A DNA stretch of 64,000 bases from an uncultured Mollicutes bacterium (GTDB taxonomy: Bacteria > Bacillota_I > Bacilli_A > ML615J-28 > CAG-313): positions 25,862-89,861 of the forward strand of contig UQAI01000001.1 of assembly GCA_900538885.1 (NCBI GenBank), read 5' to 3'. The notes beneath the pieces were generated by a model that saw nothing but the letters and a program-made list of their open reading frames with translations, was not told the DNA's origin and did no database searches. Made by a program: the position numbers and the translations under genes. Below are positions 19,359 to 27,755 of the stretch, piece by piece (position 1 is the first letter of the stretch; each line of letters begins with the position of its first letter).

Positions 19359-21188
19359 TTATGCTTTCCTTACATTCTTTAAGAAGCCGTATCTACCTTT
19401 GTTTTCTTTTTGAGTGAACTTGTAGATAACAACATCATCGTTAATTTCTAATTCAGGCAATTCGCTGTATTTTGTGTTTTCAATTATAACGATCTGGTCT
19501 GCTGTTTCAAGATTTATTAAATAATCAAAGAATCCTTTTCTAACGTTATCTGAATCCTCATCTTTATCTTCAGGAACTGATAATCCCTTAAGTGGTGAAT
19601 CTAAGAACCAGAAGCAGCCTTTGTTGGCACTTTTTTCTTCTATGTACTTCCTTAAAAGAAGAATAAGCATGGAGTTGGTGAACGCTTTATATCCTTTACC
19701 ACGTCTGATCTTATTCTTATTGTTAACTATTAAATCTAACTTGGTTTCAGTAAAGTCAATAGTACTGATATTTGGGTATTTAACGTCAGTAAAGATTTGA
19801 ACACCGTTATCAATTACATATTGACCTATGATTGAGAATAGAATTTTCTTTGCTTCAAATTTTAGTTTAGGTACATCATCACCTTTTTGGTATTTCTTTA
19901 AGTCTTCTTCAAGATCAACGTCATTTGCTCCTAGTTCATCAATCGCAGACTTAAGTCGAATATACTCTTCATAACTTTGAATTTTTTTCGCAAGTTCTGT
20001 TCTCTTAGGAGTAAGGACTTCATTGATTTTTGTTTTGTTGATTTCTATTGTTTCTTTATAGACAGCAATTAGATCCCCATCATCATCCAATGTATCTTTT
20101 AGCATTGCTGATGTCTCATCTAGTTCATTAAGATTGTTAACAACATTTCTTAGTTCGACTTTTGCAGCTTCGATATAAGAAGTAGGGTTTTTTGGAGTCA
20201 TTTCATGGTCACAGTAAGGGCATTTAGATTTTGTTGTCTTGTGGCCTATAGAGACTTCATTATTAACGATAAATGTTAATCTATTAATTTCCTTTTGATA
20301 GTCACTTTTTAATTCTTCATATTTAGAGAATATTAATTCATTTTTTTGTTGTTTCTTTTGAAGAGTCATTAAGTTAAATGATGTAGTGGTATTTTCAGAT
20401 GTTAAGCGTTCAATCTCATCGTTTAACTTTATAAGACTCTCATTTAGTTCTTGAATAACAGTTTCTAATGAAGCTAGGTCAATGCCTGATTGCTTTAGTT
20501 TATCTTCTAAAACTTCCTTCTTTTTAGACATAGCTATTCTATGTTCTGAAATGTAGGCGATTACTGCATTTCTTTTTGCTTTTTTGATTTCGTCAGATTC
20601 ATCTTTTTTTAGATAGTCTTCTAGCGTATTTCCAGTAAGGAAATATATTAATGCAGCAAGATATGTGGTCTCTCCATTTTGTTGAAGAAGTACGGATTTA
20701 GGCTTGTCAGCTTTATCTTCATCAATTAGGAATGTTTTTTTAATCGTTCTCCAAGAAAATCTTTCTGGATCGCCATCAATATTAGAAGGAATCTTAAGGT
20801 CATCCTTTAATCCTAATATCTTAAGCATCAATTTATCTATCGTTTTATTATTTTTTTTACCTTCCTTAAGAACATATTCGCCGCTTTCAATTTCAGGATT
20901 GTCACAAGAAACTGTGGTTTTAGAAGTGCCTTGTACTCTGGTTAGTGTGATGTCACCGTATTGAGTTTCAATTATTAGGGTGATGGTATCAAACCCATCT
21001 GACTCATCGAATGGAGCATGATCGTCATCGTTTTTAGCACCAAGTACATAATCAACGCATTTATAAATACAGGATTTACCAGTATCAGAAGGTCCAGCGA
21101 TAATGGTTAGTTTATTTCCGAATTCAATTTCTGATGGTTCAGCATTTGGTCCGGTAGCAATAAGCTTTTTAAGTTTAATAAAACCCAT
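19359..21188 (-). CDS. Rad50/SMC-like ABC ATPase with central coiled coil and CxxC zinc-hook (LmuB / ABC-3C ATPase-like)
   Basis: Walker A GPSDTGKS at N-terminus, ~250-aa heptad-rich coiled coil with CPYC at its midpoint, C-terminal Walker B/D-loop FWFLDSPLKGLS. Confidence 0.6.
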   Translation of the reverse strand: MGFIKLKKLIATGPNAEPSEIEFGNKLTIIAGPSDTGKSCIYKCVDYVLGAKNDDDHAPFDESDGFDTITLIIETQYGDITLTRVQGTSKTTVSCDNPEIESGEYVLKEGKKNNKTIDKLMLKILGLKDDLKIPSNIDGDPERFSWRTIKKTFLIDEDKADKPKSVLLQQNGETTYLAALIYFLTGNTLEDYLKKDESDEIKKAKRNAVIAYISEHRIAMSKKKEVLEDKLKQSGIDLASLETVIQELNESLIKLNDEIERLTSENTTTSFNLMTLQKKQQKNELIFSKYEELKSDYQKEINRLTFIVNNEVSIGHKTTKSKCPYCDHEMTPKNPTSYIEAAKVELRNVVNNLNELDETSAMLKDTLDDDGDLIAVYKETIEINKTKINEVLTPKRTELAKKIQSYEEYIRLKSAIDELGANDVDLEEDLKKYQKGDDVPKLKFEAKKILFSIIGQYVIDNGVQIFTDVKYPNISTIDFTETKLDLIVNNKNKIRRGKGYKAFTNSMLILLLRKYIEEKSANKGCFWFLDSPLKGLSVPEDKDEDSDNVRKGFFDYLINLETADQIVIIENTKYSELPELEINDDVVIYKFTQKENKGRYGFLKNVRKA

Positions 21189-21190
21189 AA

Positions 21191-21628
21191 TTATTTCTTA
21201 ACTCCTTTCGTTCTATCTTTTAATTTTTGTATCGTAATAGGCTTCATTTCATCTATGATGTTAGAAGCGAATTTTTTATATTCTATAGAGTAATCATCGT
21301 TCATTTCTGACACATATGCCTTACCAGAATCGGTAATTGCGTATATAAAACCTCTATCTGGATTGTTCGTTACAGTAGCAAGACCTCTGAATAATAGTTC
21401 TTTTAGCGAGTTCTTTATAAGCTTGCGCTGTATTGTGAACTCGTTAAGTGGAAATGAGCAGACACCGTTTAAGTTTGATTCACCAAATCCATAATGTTCA
21501 GCATATATGGCAAAGAAGTCCAGACGCGCTATTTCATCTTCGTTTAGATAACTTTGTTTATCTAAAATCATAAGAAGGCGCATAGAAACTTCAAATTCAG
21601 TATTAAAAAGCTTTGTCATTATAGCCAC
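21191..21628 (-). CDS. small alpha-helical middle component (LmuC-like) of the three-gene ATPase system
   Basis: 145 aa, overlaps upstream gene by 10 nt and sits 2 nt from ATPase gene; size and position match the middle component of ABC three-component systems. Confidence 0.4.
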   Translation of the reverse strand: MAIMTKLFNTEFEVSMRLLMILDKQSYLNEDEIARLDFFAIYAEHYGFGESNLNGVCSFPLNEFTIQRKLIKNSLKELLFRGLATVTNNPDRGFIYAITDSGKAYVSEMNDDYSIEYKKFASNIIDEMKPITIQKLKDRTKGVKK

Positions 21629-22581
21629 CTTACCTTTCCGTCATTAACAAGCATGTGGACCATGCCCATTTTCTCTTCAGTTCCTACCATACCATTGCCA
21701 GCAGTAGTGAAATAACTTTTTGAAAAGGTAATAACCATCACTTTATCCATTGTCTTATTTAATTTTTCATAAGCATCAGGAACCATTGAATTTGTATAAA
21801 GTCTTATTGCTTTATAAATCTCGTCTTTCATAGATGAAAATTCCTGTTCACCATCGTAGAAGAAATTTCTAACTTGTCTTAGCACCGTTTCAGCACTATA
21901 AAAGGCTTCACGATGTATTTGTAATTCCATTTGATAAACTGGATGACCATCCAAATCACCTATCGATGATATTGATTCACCAGTCTTTTGCGAGTAAACA
22001 GATAATAGTGCAGTTACATATTCACTTTCCATATCGTCGGGATTATCTGGGACAGTAAGTGCTGGTGGTAGAGTGTATTCAGTTCCACCAATTCTAACTT
22101 TATTGCCTGGAAGGAACACAGCTTTTTTAATAGATGTTTTTCTATTCTTCTCTGAACGCTCTTGAAGTAAATCTGCAAAGACATTAGCTAATTCTTCAGG
22201 TAAGTCAATACCTGCAAGAGTGACTCCTTTCTTAGCAAAGTTATCAATAAGTAAGCCTATGGCTTCATCAGTCAATTCAGCTGCATCATATACATCTTGA
22301 AAGTACTCTGATGTTATTTTACTTTTTAAATATCTGGCATCCTTAATTGGCATGTCGGTGTCATTTGTTTCATTAAGCAATTTTTCACAGTAGTTTTCAG
22401 ACTTCATTGTTATGTCATTAAGAATTTTATTATCGATTAATGAAATATCTGTAAACCAAGTTATTACATCTTGGTAAATAAGACGTGCACTTAATCTATG
22501 TGTTTCAGGATCGACTTGTATTTGGCTGGCAAATGCATTCTTAATTAAGTTTATAAACTCGTATATTTTCATTATTATCAC
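21619..22581 (-). CDS. first gene of the three-gene operon; candidate sensor/effector (LmuA-like position) with no recognisable catalytic motif
   Basis: 320 aa, translationally coupled to the next gene; no nuclease/TIR/Sir2/protease signature visible by eye. Confidence 0.4.
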   Translation of the reverse strand: MIIMKIYEFINLIKNAFASQIQVDPETHRLSARLIYQDVITWFTDISLIDNKILNDITMKSENYCEKLLNETNDTDMPIKDARYLKSKITSEYFQDVYDAAELTDEAIGLLIDNFAKKGVTLAGIDLPEELANVFADLLQERSEKNRKTSIKKAVFLPGNKVRIGGTEYTLPPALTVPDNPDDMESEYVTALLSVYSQKTGESISSIGDLDGHPVYQMELQIHREAFYSAETVLRQVRNFFYDGEQEFSSMKDEIYKAIRLYTNSMVPDAYEKLNKTMDKVMVITFSKSYFTTAGNGMVGTEEKMGMVHMLVNDGKVRWL

Positions 22582-22644
22582 TTCCTTTAGAATCGGACTA
22601 AATGGGTTAGTCCGAGTACGACCGAGTCAAAAATATGACATTTT

Positions 22645-22670
22645 ATATAATGTAATCGTCAAATCGTGTA
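22645..22670. repeat. single inverted partial copy of the TTACACGATT repeat family (repeat set B), at the junction between defence island and prophage
   Basis: reverse complement CCTTACACGATTTGACGATTACAT matches the left end of repeat set A. Confidence 0.6.
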
Positions 22671-22974
22671 AGGCAATTAGCAGCGCAGCTAACGCCATTA
22701 TTCCTTTTGATAATTATACCAAATTCCAGGCATTTTTGCAAACCAAACAAGCTGCAAACTATGGCTGGTCTCAAATTAAAAGTTTGTGATGAGTATATTT
22801 CTTATCGTGTTAAGTAAGTTGACATAGCAGAAGATATCGCTGCGTCCCACATGTCACTTATGATACACACAATATCTGCAGAAAACTGTGGGAGTGGACT
22901 GCAACATCGAAACGGAAGTTCTAGTTTAGGACTGCCTATCTTTTGTTGCACCCAAAATTCGGTTAGCTCTGCAT

Positions 22975-23012
22975 GAAGGACCTCCGTTTCGCTAAAGAAA
23001 TTTAACATTCGG
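22975..23012 (+). terminator. terminator-like hairpin (cctccg...cggagg + T6) whose 3' arm is the GGAGG Shine-Dalgarno of the downstream gene; candidate attenuator
   Basis: inverted repeat and T run seen in sequence; ATG at 23023. Confidence 0.4.
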
Positions 23013-23022
23013 AGGTTTTTTA

Positions 23023-23682
23023 ATGAGATTACTTAAGACGCCTGCAAACAAGAGATTCAGGCAAGAAGAAGATGGTACTAAGACACCAATATTCACTATC
23101 TATTTTGATAACGGTGACAAGGTCATCTACGAGCCAGGTAAGGCTACCACAGTTTATGCCAAAGGTGGTAGCTGGGTTCAAATCGAAGAAGGCATAACAG
23201 AACTAACAATCAAGCAACTCTACAACGATGAAGACAATGAGATTAAACAAAACATAAGGGATTCACATTGTGAAACTGCTGGTATGGAAAAAGAAAGACA
23301 AGCTAAAAGAGCAGAATGGGCTAAGGCGCATCCTGATGCTGATGACAGCGAAAATCCATACAACGCTACTCATAAGCTAGTCAGCTTGGACTACCAACCA
23401 TCTGAAGATTTCGATTCAGATCATTCAGAGCTAGAGCTTGAAATAGCCAAGAAGCAACAAGACGAAGAGGATAGTGGCGATGATGAAAGAGATCAATACA
23501 TAGAAATGATACGCGCATACGTAGCCACATTGCCTAAGAGTCAACAAGAGCTATATCAACTTTATTACATAGAAGGCTTAAGCCAAACGCAAATCTGTGA
23601 AAAGTTGCATCTATCGAAAAGCACCGTATCAGAACGCTGCAAGACGCTAGAACAAAAACTTTTCAAAAAATTTAAGAAATAA
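23023..23682 (+). CDS. prophage regulator with C-terminal sigma-70 region 4 HTH (ECF-sigma-like early activator)
   Basis: C-terminal LPKSQQELYQLYYIEGLSQTQICEKLHLSKSTVSERCKTLEQKL matches sigma70_r4 pattern; acidic central region. Confidence 0.5.
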   Translation: MRLLKTPANKRFRQEEDGTKTPIFTIYFDNGDKVIYEPGKATTVYAKGGSWVQIEEGITELTIKQLYNDEDNEIKQNIRDSHCETAGMEKERQAKRAEWAKAHPDADDSENPYNATHKLVSLDYQPSEDFDSDHSELELEIAKKQQDEEDSGDDERDQYIEMIRAYVATLPKSQQELYQLYYIEGLSQTQICEKLHLSKSTVSERCKTLEQKLFKKFKK

Positions 23683-23690
23683 AAATAAAA

Positions 23691-23732
23691 CCCCGAACTT
23701 TTGGTGCAGAAGTCGGTCCTAAGACTTGAGGA
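23691..23732 (+). promoter_or_regulatory. ECF-sigma-type promoter-like element CCGAACTT-N16-TCCTAAGACTTGAGGA (copy 1)
   Basis: GAACTT -35-like and TCCTAA -10-like with 16-nt spacer; near-identical copy at 57340-57380. Confidence 0.4.
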
Positions 23733-23769
23733 AGTAAAGATCCTCGAAAATCAATAGGAGGTAACGCTT

Positions 23770-23979
23770 ATGTTAAACAAACACAAAGTTCGCATCAACA
23801 TAGCGAACAGCAGTGGCGTTAATGCCCAGGTGCTTGAAAGCGTAACAGAGTGTATCCCTAAGAAACTATTCAATAAATGGTTCGGTGATAAGAAGCGAAA
23901 AGTCCTAATCATCGCACCTGCTGAGTCAGTGGCTGAAGTGGAAATACATGAAGTTAAAGCCGATAAGCAAGGAGGGTAG
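23770..23979 (+). CDS. hypothetical small prophage protein
   Basis: 69 aa ORF with GGAGG RBS; no homology recognised. Confidence 0.3.
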   Translation: MLNKHKVRINIANSSGVNAQVLESVTECIPKKLFNKWFGDKKRKVLIIAPAESVAEVEIHEVKADKQGG

Positions 23980-23982
23980 AAC

Positions 23983-24729
23983 ATGCCACCATCATTACAT
24001 TGTTTACTAACGGCTAGTGGTAGCAAGGTCTGGTTGTATGAATGTAAGGCCATGCCAAACCTATGCAGAGGTTTACCGAGTGAAACATCAGAAGCTGCTG
24101 AAATGGGTTCTGAATGCCACTTATACAGTGAATCTCTAATAAGGGAAGCATTGCACATCATTGATTATGACGAGCCTATAAGAAGCCCGGCCGAAGTAAA
24201 GAAGACATTAAAGTACTACAGCCCAGAGCTAGTAGCCATAGCACAAGAGTACGTTAACAAGATCATCGAGGTTGTTAATTACGAAACCAAGAGAACTGGT
24301 AATAAACCTCTAGTGCTATTAGAGCAGCGACTTGAAATGGACTACGCTCCCGATAGCTTTGGAACCCTTGACTTTGGCTGCATCTCATCTGATGGGATGA
24401 ACCTTACGATTGGAGACCTAAAAGCGGGAAGGATGTCCGTAAGTAAAGATACGCCTCAAACCAAAATTTATGCTCTTACGGCTTACAAACTTTACTCAAA
24501 AGTGTATCCGATAAGATTCATTAGAATCTTTATCTGTCAGCCAAGAGCAGGTGGCATAAAGGAGCTTGTCCTAACACCTGAAGAGTTACTTACCTTTGAA
24601 AGGGAAGTATTGATACCAGGAGCTAAGGCTGCACTGGAAGCCACAGAAGATGATGCTACACCATGCGATTACTGCAAGTGGTGCTTAGCTGCCAAATACG
24701 GCAAATGTAAAAAATACAAAGGAGAATAA
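23983..24729 (+). CDS. Cas4/RecB-like PD-(D/E)XK nuclease with C-terminal cysteine cluster (DUF2800-like phage exonuclease)
   Basis: D..D.K motif LDFGCISSDGMNLTIGDLKAG and C-terminal CDYCKWC...C. Confidence 0.45.
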   Translation: MPPSLHCLLTASGSKVWLYECKAMPNLCRGLPSETSEAAEMGSECHLYSESLIREALHIIDYDEPIRSPAEVKKTLKYYSPELVAIAQEYVNKIIEVVNYETKRTGNKPLVLLEQRLEMDYAPDSFGTLDFGCISSDGMNLTIGDLKAGRMSVSKDTPQTKIYALTAYKLYSKVYPIRFIRIFICQPRAGGIKELVLTPEELLTFEREVLIPGAKAALEATEDDATPCDYCKWCLAAKYGKCKKYKGE

Positions 24730-24731
24730 AA

Positions 24732-25697
24732 ATGTTAAATATCAGTGAAGGTGTTAAGAAGACACCACTTAAAGTAGTAATTTACGGTCCCGAATCAATC
24801 GGTAAGACCACATTAGCATCTCAATTTCCATACGCATTAATCGTGGATGTTGAGAACGGTAGTAATTCACTAAACGTTAGACGTATCCGCTGCGATAAGT
24901 CGTGGGAAGAGTTACTTGAAACATTAAAGGAAATCGTAGCTACACCAAATGTGTGTAAGACAGTGGTAGTTGATACTGCTGACTGGGCTGAATACCTATG
25001 TTCCAAGTATGTCTGTGAGAAGTTCAAGAAACAAAACATAGACGACTTTGGCTATGGCAAGGGATACACATACCTAACAGAAGAGTTCAAGAAGCTTCTT
25101 GATGTGTTAGATGAAGCAATCGACGCAGGAATCAATGTTGTTGTTACAGCACACGCTAAGCCTCGTAAGTTCGAGTTACCTGAAGAGATGGGTGCATTCG
25201 ATAGATATGAGCTTAAGCTAACCAAGAACACAGCACCAATCGTTAAGGAATGGTGTGATGCATTGCTATTCTGTAACTTCAAGACTTATGTCATCACAGA
25301 TGAAGCAAATAAGAAGAAGGCTCAAGGCTCTAGAAGAACTATCTATACGACTCACAGCGCTGTCTATGACGCAAAGAATAGACACAACCTTCCAGAAGAA
25401 ATGGATATGACATTCGATAACCTTAAACCATTATTCGAAGAAGTAAAGACTGCAGCACCAGCTGAAGCAGCACCTGCTCCTATCAATGAAAAGAGAGCGA
25501 TGATCGTCAATTTAGAGAAGATGATTGCTGAAGCAGGTATCACAACCGATGAACTTCAAGAAGTAGTAGCCTCACGTGGCCACTATGGAAAAGAAGTGGA
25601 AATTGCAGCTTATTCAGATGATTTCATTGCACGTTGGGTAATGCCTAACTGGAGCAAGATCGTAGCAACAATCAATAAGACAAAGGCAGGTAATTAA
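24732..25697 (+). CDS. Sak4-like RecA-fold recombination ATPase
   Basis: Walker A YGPESIGKTTLA near N-terminus, Walker B VVVDTAD; typical phage position before an SSB-like gene and helicase. Confidence 0.55.
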   Translation: MLNISEGVKKTPLKVVIYGPESIGKTTLASQFPYALIVDVENGSNSLNVRRIRCDKSWEELLETLKEIVATPNVCKTVVVDTADWAEYLCSKYVCEKFKKQNIDDFGYGKGYTYLTEEFKKLLDVLDEAIDAGINVVVTAHAKPRKFELPEEMGAFDRYELKLTKNTAPIVKEWCDALLFCNFKTYVITDEANKKKAQGSRRTIYTTHSAVYDAKNRHNLPEEMDMTFDNLKPLFEEVKTAAPAEAAPAPINEKRAMIVNLEKMIAEAGITTDELQEVVASRGHYGKEVEIAAYSDDFIARWVMPNWSKIVATINKTKAGN

Positions 25698-25698
25698 T

Positions 25699-26154
25699 AT
25701 GGAATACAACAACAATAATGAGACTTTCTCATTTGATTCAGTAATTGAAAATGAAGGTGACTCTTTTGTTATCTTACCAGAAGGTGACTACATGTTCGTG
25801 GTTAAGGACTTCCAACGTGGTAACTTTCCAGGTAGTAACAAGATACCACCTTGCCTAAAGGCAATGATTACAGTTGAGGTAATAACTGAAGCTGGCAAGG
25901 CAACAGTTAAGTTTGACCTTATGCTAGCGAAGATCATGGAATGGAAGCTATGCGCATTCTTCCGTTCAATCGGACAAAAGAAGCATGGTGAGCCATTAAA
26001 GCCTAACTGGGCTAAAGTAGTAGGTTCTATTGGTAAAGCCCACTTCAAGCAAAGAGAATGGACTAATGACAAGGGCGAAACAAAGGTAGCTAATGACTTA
26101 GATTACTTCATTGACTTCAACCCTGTCGATGATGATCCAGATCTTCCTTTCTAA
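25699..26154 (+). CDS. DUF669-like phage protein ending in an SSB-type acidic tail (DDDPDLPF)
   Basis: C-terminus mimics the SSB DDDIPF tail; conserved position after the Sak4-like ATPase. Confidence 0.4.
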   Translation: MEYNNNNETFSFDSVIENEGDSFVILPEGDYMFVVKDFQRGNFPGSNKIPPCLKAMITVEVITEAGKATVKFDLMLAKIMEWKLCAFFRSIGQKKHGEPLKPNWAKVVGSIGKAHFKQREWTNDKGETKVANDLDYFIDFNPVDDDPDLPF

Positions 26155-26166
26155 GAGGTGAGCATC

Positions 26167-27744
26167 ATGGAACTAAGACCATATCAAACAGAAGCTGTTA
26201 GTTCCATCCTTTCAACATGGGAAAGTGGAGTCGATAAGGCTCTACTTTCTGTGTTCACAGGAGGAGGCAAGACTATCATCTTCGCTAAAGTCATTGAGAA
26301 CAGAATAGCTGATGGTTCACACACATTGGTGCTAGCCCACAGAGAGGAATTACTATCACAAGCCAGCGACAAGATCAACTTCGTCACAGGATTAGATACA
26401 GCACTAGAGAAGGCTGAATCAACAGCAGTAGGCAGCGGTAAGAATATCGTTGTCGCATCAGTTCAAACATTATCCAACGATAAGAGATTAAGCAAGTATC
26501 CACGTGATTACTTCTCAACAATCATCATAGATGAAGCTCATCACACACTTGCTGACTCATACATGAAAATCCTTAAGTATTTCGATTGCGCTAAGGTGCT
26601 AGGCGTAACTGCGACAATCGATAGAGGTGATAAGAGAAACCTTTCTGAATATTACGAAACAATCGCATATGAAATCAATATGCGTAGAGGTATTAAAGAA
26701 GGGTATCTTGTACCAATCAAGGCTCAAATGATCCCGCTTGAATTAGATATCTCCAATGTATCTATCTCAAAAGGTGATTATGCGTTAGGCGAAGTAGGAA
26801 ATGCGCTAGAGCCATACCTTAACCAAATAGCACTTGAAATGGTGAAATACTGCAAGGGCAGAAAGACAGTGGTGTTCCTACCTTTGGTTAAGATCTCACA
26901 AGACTTCTGCGAGCTATTGAACCTTCATGGATTAAATGCCGTAGAGGTGAATGGCAACTCCAAAGACAGAGAGAAGATTCTAAAGCAATTTCACGATGGG
27001 GAATACGATGTGTTATGTAACTCAATGCTCTTGACTGAGGGTTGGGATGAGCCAGCAGTCGATTGCATCGTTGTACTAAGACCTACTAAGGTTCGTGGTC
27101 TTTATCAACAAATGGTTGGAAGAGGCACCCGCCTTTGTGAAGGTAAGAAGGACCTATTATTACTAGATTTCCTATGGATGACGCAAAAGCATGACCTTTG
27201 CCACCCATCAAGCTTAATATGCGAGTCAGACAACCTAGCAGATAGAGTGCTAGAGAAGATAACAAACACAGCTGGCGAAGTGGATATCCTTGAAGCTGAA
27301 GACGACGCTAAACGCGACGTAATCAAAGAAAAAGAAGAAGCTTTAAAACGAGAACTTGAAGAAAACAAGAAGAAGGCACGTAAGATGGTTGATCCAATTG
27401 AATACGGCTTATCAATCAATGATGAAGATTTAGTCGATTATGAGCCAACTATGTTATGGGAACAAGCTCCAGCATCTCAAAAGCAATTAGAAGCCTTAGA
27501 GAAGTGGGGTATCGATACATCAGGCATTACTTGTGCTGGTTTAGCTTCAACTATTCTTGACCGCTTATTCAGCAGAAAGAATCTAGGTTTAGCTACACCT
27601 AAGCAAATAAGAGCATTAGAGAAGTATGGTTTCTATCACGTTGGTGAATGGAGCTTTGATGCTGCTAGCAAGATGATAAACCTTATAGCTGGCAACAACT
27701 GGAAGACACCATATTGGATTGACGTTAAATCATACAGACCATAG
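26167..27744 (+). CDS. SF2 DEAD/DEAH-box helicase
   Basis: motif I TGGGKT, motif II IIIDEAHH, helicase C domain; duplicated C-terminal repeats. Confidence 0.75.
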   Translation: MELRPYQTEAVSSILSTWESGVDKALLSVFTGGGKTIIFAKVIENRIADGSHTLVLAHREELLSQASDKINFVTGLDTALEKAESTAVGSGKNIVVASVQTLSNDKRLSKYPRDYFSTIIIDEAHHTLADSYMKILKYFDCAKVLGVTATIDRGDKRNLSEYYETIAYEINMRRGIKEGYLVPIKAQMIPLELDISNVSISKGDYALGEVGNALEPYLNQIALEMVKYCKGRKTVVFLPLVKISQDFCELLNLHGLNAVEVNGNSKDREKILKQFHDGEYDVLCNSMLLTEGWDEPAVDCIVVLRPTKVRGLYQQMVGRGTRLCEGKKDLLLLDFLWMTQKHDLCHPSSLICESDNLADRVLEKITNTAGEVDILEAEDDAKRDVIKEKEEALKRELEENKKKARKMVDPIEYGLSINDEDLVDYEPTMLWEQAPASQKQLEALEKWGIDTSGITCAGLASTILDRLFSRKNLGLATPKQIRALEKYGFYHVGEWSFDAASKMINLIAGNNWKTPYWIDVKSYRP

Positions 27745-27755
27745 GAGGATTGCCA

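Noticed and set aside
22802-23008. 68-aa minus-strand ORF in the leader upstream of the sigma-like gene
   Set aside because: No RBS, Cys/Pro-rich improbable translation, overlaps a structured leader/terminator. More likely non-coding regulatory RNA.
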